A stretch of DNA of 64,000 bases from the human T2T-CHM13v2.0 reference genome, Homo sapiens. The number at the start of each line of letters is the position of its first letter. Position 1 is the first letter of the stretch. The DNA lies in assembly GCF_009914755.1 (NCBI RefSeq), contig NC_060947.1. One strand, written 5' to 3'. The notes beneath the pieces were generated by a model that was given only the letters and a program-made list of their open reading frames with translations, was not told where the DNA came from and made no database searches. Shown here piece after piece: positions 57,121-64,000 of this stretch. A program made the position numbers and the translations under genes.

Positions 57121-60100
57121 GGCAGACCTGCCTTGGTTGGGACTAGAAGAATGAAGGATTATCTGAGATAACACATGTGGAATGCTCAGACAGTGCCTGG
57201 TTCATGTGGCAGTCATGTGTATGTGAAGAAGCCTGTGAAGAGAGAGAAAATGAAGATGTAGGGGAGAGAGGATGGTTGCAGATGCAAATAAAATGTTAGG
57301 TTTAGTGGCAGAGAAGGAGGGATTTTTTGGCTGATGGCTTATAAATCTTTGAAGGAAAGGAATGTTCTCTCAAGTATACACAGCACAAATGTTCCTTCAT
57401 GTGCAGACAAGTACAAAGGCAGCTTGCACGTAGCCCTGAAATCCCACAAAGTGGTCCACAATGGGAACCACTGTTGGGTGAAATAATGCATGGCTTCCTG
57501 AATGAGAACTCAGATGACCAGTGGTGGGAAGAGAGAGAGACAATGAGAATGTCTGGGTTAGTAGGGGAAAAGACAGAGTTTCATTGCCTCATGGCGACAT
57601 AACCAGTTGATTTCAATCAACATTCATTCGTAAACATGCTTGACTCCTTTTCAGTTATAATGAATGAGACACAATCCCGGCCCCTGAGTTCCCGAAAAAG
57701 ACTGAACAAAAATTACACATGAAGAATCACTAGGTATCCATCACAATGTAGTCCTCTGACTTTTTTCTACATTGACCTTTCTTCCCTAAGGGAGGTGGTG
57801 GGGGCAGCAAGGGGACCTTTGCTAGGAACCACAGTCTCAGCCATTGTCAGGATGCCGATGAGCATTAACTGACCAGCACCTGTGCTTAGAGTTCTAAGGG
57901 ACATTTGCCAGGAGGAGTACCTGAATGGAGAGCCACATTTCCCACCAGTCCACCCTCCTCCTTACCTCAGCTCTGGTCTTCCTGAGATCAAAAATGAAGT
58001 AGATGGTTGCAGGAGAGCCTGCAAAAGGCAGGCAGGGATCTTGTTGGTAAACTTTCATGCAGATTCATTCCTCTGTAAATCAACCCTTTTTCTGGAAGAG
58101 CTTCCTTATCAGTACGCTGGGCCCTGGCCCTCAGCCAGTACAGAAAGTCATTTGTCAAGGCCTTCAGTTGGCAGACGTGCTCCCTGGACTACGTGCTTTC
58201 TCGGGTGTCCCAGAAACCCTGGAATGGAGTGAAATGCAGGGCTACGTGGGAGAGCAGGGAGGCAAGAATTAAGTCGGCCCCACCTTTGCCCAACTCAGTG
58301 GGTCTCCTTGAGAGAGGTCTGCAGTTTCAAGGAGACTTTTCAGCCAATCTGCTGCGAGATCCTGTGAAGGGGTGTGAAGGTCTTCCTCTGTGACTATAGA
58401 TTGGCCAGTCTCTCCTTGTGTGTCCAACAGTTTTCATTATACTTTATGTGAATTAATGCAAAACTGCTAGGTTTAAACTGCTCACCATTTTAGGGATCCC
58501 TTCTGGATTTTACCTTCCTTAAGGGGAAATTTTCCTCCTTTCCTCAGTTCATCCTTTCTGCCTTGGCTTTGACGTGGTCTGGAGGCCACAGAGCCTCCTC
58601 CTGAGAACCTCTCTCTGGTGTGTCTGTTTGTGTCCGTCCCTCTCCTTTCGATCATTCCCTGTGGTTCCTGTTGGGCGCGGCTCCCATAAACGCACAGAGC
58701 AGGGTCTGCTTTGTCTGCAACCTGATGCATTGTTATTTCTCACCAAAACTTGCAGTCCAAACATCACATTTCCGGGCCACACTCTTTGTCAGAGCTCCAG
58801 GGGCACAACCCCGGGGACCTGCTGGAAGGTGCCACCGTGACGTGTGCCTAGATGCGTTTTCCCTCAGTTACCACAGCGTTCCTCTGGTTCTGGTGGCTGG
58901 AGGGTGACCGCGTGCTTCATGAAGGGGGTCCTTACTGCTTCGCATCCACCCTTTTCACGGAAAGCACTTTGTCACATGTTTTCAGTGTTTCTAAGCGATT
59001 TTCTGCCAATCTTGTGTGCTAAGATTGTGTGGCAGCGTTTCCACAGATTTATAGCTGGCAATGAATTCTCCCAAAGGAAATCAGACAAAATAACATGTTT
59101 CCAACATTGTTCACATACTGACAACTTTTGTTATTCATTCTCTCAGAATTGTTCCTTAGCTGTGTCCGCACCTCTGTAAGTAGTACATTAAACCTGCTAG
59201 CTCAGCAGCTTATATCACCCATCTTCCGCCCAGATCTGCTTCTCTTTCTGTGTACCCTTCTCATCCTTGATACTCTCTCCTTCCACTCGCCTTTACAATC
59301 CAACACTGAATCCTAACGACTTTGTCTGCAATGCCTCCTCTTTTCTGCATTTTAGCTTCAACTTCCATCCTCTCTCACCTTCCAACCAGTCTGTCTCCAG
59401 ATACTCTGCCCCCTGCTGTTTGTTTTACACAGTGCATCCAGAATGCAGATCTGATAACATCCAAAATAGAGATCTGATCATTTCACCTCTCACTCAAAAG
59501 CCCTCGAAGGTCTCCCAGGATTCTTAGGACAAAGTGCAAGCTCCTCAACATTGCTTTTAATTTAAGGTCCTGCATTGTTGAACCCTTTCCTACTCTCCAG
59601 CTTCATCTCCCTTATGCTCCCCTCTGCTGTTTCTGCTCTAGCAACAGGGTTCATCTGTGCCATATGCCTTCCCCAGGGCCTTTGCACATGTTATTCCTCT
59701 GTCTACAGTGCTCTTTCTTCCCGAACTGACCTACTACTTATTCCTCAGCTATCCTTCATAAGGATAAGTATACACAGCACAAACTATTACTTTCTTCAGG
59801 AGGGCTTGCTTCCCTGACTTCCCTGACTTGGTTAGATTCCCCTGCTTCAACAGTGAGTATTGTGTACCTCTCTTTCATGCTACTGTTTACAACTTAAAAT
59901 GACTTTACATTTATTTGTGTGATTGTTTGATATATCTTCTCCTTATCTGTAGACTGTAATCTTATGAAGCTTGGGATCAAGTTGTTTGTGCTTATGGTTA
60001 TATCCCCATTTCTTATTGGTAAATTATCATAAATATTTCTTGAACAAAGAATCAGTGAATGGTTCAGGGGAGTTGGTGGAATATAGAATCCTGGTGAGGA

Positions 60101-60134
60101 ATTGGCCTTATATAAGAGGGAGTCTATTGTTTCT

Positions 60135-63100
60135 AGTTTTTTTTAATTTTTTTCCCATAGGTTTCTGGGGAAGAGTTGGCATTTGGTGACATGAGTAAGT
60201 TCTTTAGTGGTGATTTCTGAGATTTTGGTGCACCCATCACCCGAGCAGTGTACACTGAACCCAATTTGTAGTCTTTTATCCCTCACCTCCTTCCCACCCT
60301 TTCTCTCAAGTCCCCAAAGTCCATTGTATCATTCTGATGCCTTTGCATCCTCGTAGCTTAGCTCCCACTTGTGAGTGAGAACATACGATGTTTGGTTTTC
60401 CATTCCTGAGTTGCTTCACTTAGAATAATAGTCTCCAATCCCATCCAGGTCACTGCAAATGCTGTTAATTCATTCCTTTTTATGGCTGAATAGTATTCCA
60501 TCGTATATCTATACCACAGTTTCTTTATCCACTCGTTGATTAATGGGCATTTGGGTTGGATCCACATTTTTTCAGTTGCAAATTGTGCTGCTATAAACAT
60601 GTATGAGCAAGTATCTTTTTCGTATAATGACTTCTTTTCCTCTGGGTAGATGCCCAGTAGTGGGATTGCTGGATCAGATGGCAGTTCTACTTTTAGTTCA
60701 TTAAGGAATCTCCACACTGTTTTCCATAGTGGTTGTACTAGTTTACATTCCTACCAGCAGTGTAGAAGTGTTCCGTTTTCACCGCATCCATGCCAACATC
60801 TATTATTTTTTTATTATGGCCATTCTTGCAGGAGTAAGGTGGTATTGCATTATGGTTTTGATGGACATTTCCCTGATAATTAGTGATGTTGAGCATTTTT
60901 CCATATGTTTGTTGTCCATTTGTATATCTTCTTTTGAGAATTGTCTATTCATGTCCCTAGACCACTTTTTGATGGGATTTTTTTTCTTGATAATTCGTTT
61001 GAGTTCATTGTAGATTCTGGATGTTAGTCCTTTGTCAGATGTATAGATTGTGAAGATTTTCTCCCACTCTGTGGGTTGTCTGTTTACTCTACTGACTGTT
61101 CCTTTTGCCGTTGGAAAGATCTTTCATTTGATTAAGTCCCAGCTATTTATCTTTGTTTTTATTGCATTTGCTTTTGGGCTCTTGGTCATGAAATCCTTCC
61201 TTAAGCTGAGGTCTAGAAGGGTTTTTCTGACATTATCTTCTAGAGGTTTTATAGACTCAGGTCCTAGGTGTAAGTCTTTGATCCATCTTGCGTTGATTTT
61301 TATATAAGATGAGAGAGGAGGATCCAGTTTCATTCTCCTACATGTGGCTAGCCAGTTATCCCAGCACCATTTGTTGAAAAGGTTGTCCTTTCCCCACTTG
61401 ATGTTTTTATTTGCTTTGTCAAAGATCAGTTGGCTGTAAGCATTTGGCTTTATTTCTGGGTTCTCTATTCTGTTCCATTGGTCTATGCATGTATTTTTAT
61501 ACCAGTACCATGCTGTTTTGGTGACTATGGCCTTATAGTATAGTTTGAAGTCAGGTAATGTGATGCTTCCAGATTTGTTCTTTTTGCTTGGTCTTGTTTT
61601 GGGTATGCAGGCTCTTTTTTTGGTTCCATATGAATTTTTGGATTTTTTTTCTGGTTCTGTGAAGAATGATGGTAGCATTTTGATGGGAATTGCATTGAAC
61701 TTGCAGATTGCTTTTGGCAGTATGGTCATTTTCACAACATTGATTCTACCCATCCATAAGCATGGGATGTGTTTCCATTTGTTTGTGTCATCTATGATTT
61801 ATTTCAGGAGTGTTTTGTAGTTTTCCTTGTAGAGGTCTTTCACCTGCTTGGTTAGGTATATTCCTAAGTATTTTATATTTTTGCAGCTATTGTAAAAGGA
61901 GTTGAGTTCTTGATTTGATTCTCAGCTTGGTCACTGTTGGTGTATAGGAGAGCTACTGATTTGCATACATTAATTTTGTATTCTGAAATTTGCTGAATTC
62001 TTTTATCAGTTCTAGGAGTTTTTGGAGGGATCTTTAGGGTTTTCTAGGTATACAATCATGTCATCAGCAGATAGCAACAGTTCGACTTCCTCTTTACCAA
62101 TTTGGATGCTGTTTATTTTTTTCTCTTGTCTGATTGCTCTGGCTAGGACTTCCAGTACTATGTTGAATAGAAGTGGTGAGAGTGGGCATCTTTGTCTCAT
62201 TCTGGTTCTCAGAGGGAGTGCTTTCAACTTTTCCCCATTCAGTACTATGTTGGCTGTGGGTTTGTCATAGATGGCTTTTATTACATTGAGGTATGTCCCT
62301 TGTTTGCTGATTTTTGCTGAGGGTTTTTATCATAAAGTGATGCTGGATTTTGTCAAATGCGTTTTCTGCATCTATTGAGATGATCATGTGATTTTTGTTT
62401 TTAATTCTGTTTATGTGGTGTATCACATTTATTGACTTGTGTATGTTAAACCATCCCTGCATCTCTGGTATGAAACCCACTTGATCATGGTAGATTATCT
62501 TTTTGATATCTTGTTGGATTCAGTTGGCTAGTATTTTGCTAATGATTTTTGCATCTATGTTCATCAGTGATATTGGTCTGTAGTTTTCTTTTTTGGTTAT
62601 GTCCTTTCCTGGTTTTGGTATTAAGGTGATACTGGCTTCATAGAATGATTTAGGGAGGATTCCCTCTTTCTCTATCTTGTGGAATAGTGTCAATAGGATT
62701 GGTACCAATTCTTCTTTGAATGTCTGGTAGAATTCAGCTGTGAATTCATCTGGTCCTGGACTTTTTTTGTTGGTAATTTTTTAAAATTACCATTTCAATC
62801 TTGTTGCTTGTTATAGGTCTGTTCAGGGTGTCTAATTCTTCCTGATTTAAGCAAGGAGGGTTGTATCTTTCCAGGAATTTATCCATCTTCTCTATGTTTT
62901 CTAGTTTATATGTGTAAAGGTGTTCATAGTAGGCTTGAATTATCTTTTGTATTGCTGTGGTGTCAGTTGAATATCTCCCATTTTGTTTCTAACTGAGCTT
63001 ACTTGGATTTTCTCTCTTGTTTTCTTGGTTAATCTTGCCAATGGTCTATCAATTTTATTTATCTTTTCCAAGAACCAGCTTTTTGTTTCATTTATCTTTT

Positions 63101-64000
63101 GCATTTTTTTTGGTTTCAATTTAATTTAGTTCTGCTCTGATCTTGGTTATTTCCTTTCTTCTGCTGGGTTTGGGTTTGGATTGTTCTTGTTTCTCTAGTT
63201 CCTTGAGGTGTGACCTTAGAATGTCTATTTGTGCTCTTTTGGGCTTTTTGATGCAGACATTTATGGCTATGAACTTTCCTCTTAGCACTGCATTTGCTGT
63301 ATCTCAGAGGTTTTGATAGGTTGTGTCACTGTTGCCTTTCAGGTCAAAGAATTTTTTAAATTTCAATCTTGATTTCATTGTTGACTCAATGATCATTCAG
63401 GAGCAGGTTATTTAATTTTCATATATTTGCTTGATTTTGAAGGTTCATTTTGGAGTTGATTTCCAGCTTTATTCCACTGTGGCCTGAGAGAGTACTTGAT
63501 CTAATTTCAATTTTCTTAAACTTATTGAGACTTGTTTTGTGGCCTATCATATGGTCTATCTTGGAGAAGTTTCCATGAGCTGATGAATAGAATGTATATT
63601 CTGCAGTTGTTGGGTAGAATGTTCTGTAAATACCTGTTAAGTCCATTTGTTCCAGGGTATAGTTTAAATCCCTTGTTTCTTTGTTGACTTTCTGTCTTGA
63701 TGACCTGTCTAGTGCTGTTAGTGGAATATTGAAGTCCCCCACTATTATTGTGTTGCTACCTATCTCATTTCTTAGGTTTAGTGGTAATTGTTTTATAAAT
63801 TTGGGAGCTCCAGTGTTAGGTGCGTATATATTTAGGATTGTGATATTTTCCTGTTGGACTAGTCCTTTTATCATTATATAATGTCCCTCTTTGTCTTTTT
63901 TAACTGCTCTTGCTTTAAAGTTTGTTTTGTCTTTTATAAGAATAGCTACTCCTGCTTGCTTTTGGTGTCCATTTGCATGGAATGTCTTTTTCCACCCCTT
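60135..64000 (-). mobile_element. L1PB-type LINE-1 (broken ORF2 EN/RT/C-terminus and 3'UTR), running off the window end
   Basis: ORFs 63419..63874 (IYAPNTGAP, VGDFN, IDH), 62520..62708, 62265..62480, 62012..62227 (ADD), 61124..61753 and 60358..60717; L1PB-like 3'UTR. Confidence 0.93.

Noticed and set aside
57655-57733. Exon-like segment (tttcAG...AG|GTATCC) containing APEFPKKTEQKL, faintly like CALM exon 9 APSSLLDALEQHL
   Set aside because: It has stops in all three frames from the acceptor, there is no AG before the AP codons, and the context (cattcattc...aatgagacacaatcccggccc) looks like an L2 3' end.
60358-63874. Endonuclease and reverse-transcriptase ORFs as a possible novel RT system
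   Set aside because: They are ordinary fragmented LINE-1 ORF2 with many stops and frameshifts.

Overview
This is primate, almost certainly human, genomic DNA from Xq28; there are no prokaryotic features. The first half holds the 3' part of BRCC3 (BRCC36 deubiquitinase, + strand). It includes five coding exons, one of them a 75-nt alternative exon carved from an antisense MaLR LTR, and a repeat-derived 3'UTR exon ending near 33.5 kb. The main find is at 47.4-55.5 kb (+): an intron-containing paralogue of PICALM/SNAP91 (CALM/AP180, ANTH domain) that the ORF track almost entirely misses. Eight exons can be rebuilt by hand with canonical splice sites and PICALM-like exon sizes and phases. They are disabled by a -1 frameshift in exon 4, a +1 frameshift in exon 5 and loss of the exon-5 donor, which fits a unitary pseudogene of a third CALM/AP180 gene. 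Also present are a perfect 51-bp-arm inverted repeat inside a probable retro-insertion, ERV env and ERVL pol remnants, and dense L1, Alu and DNA-transposon fossils. Comparisons with PICALM, SNAP91, BRCC3 and repeat consensi are from memory, and repeat boundaries are approximate.
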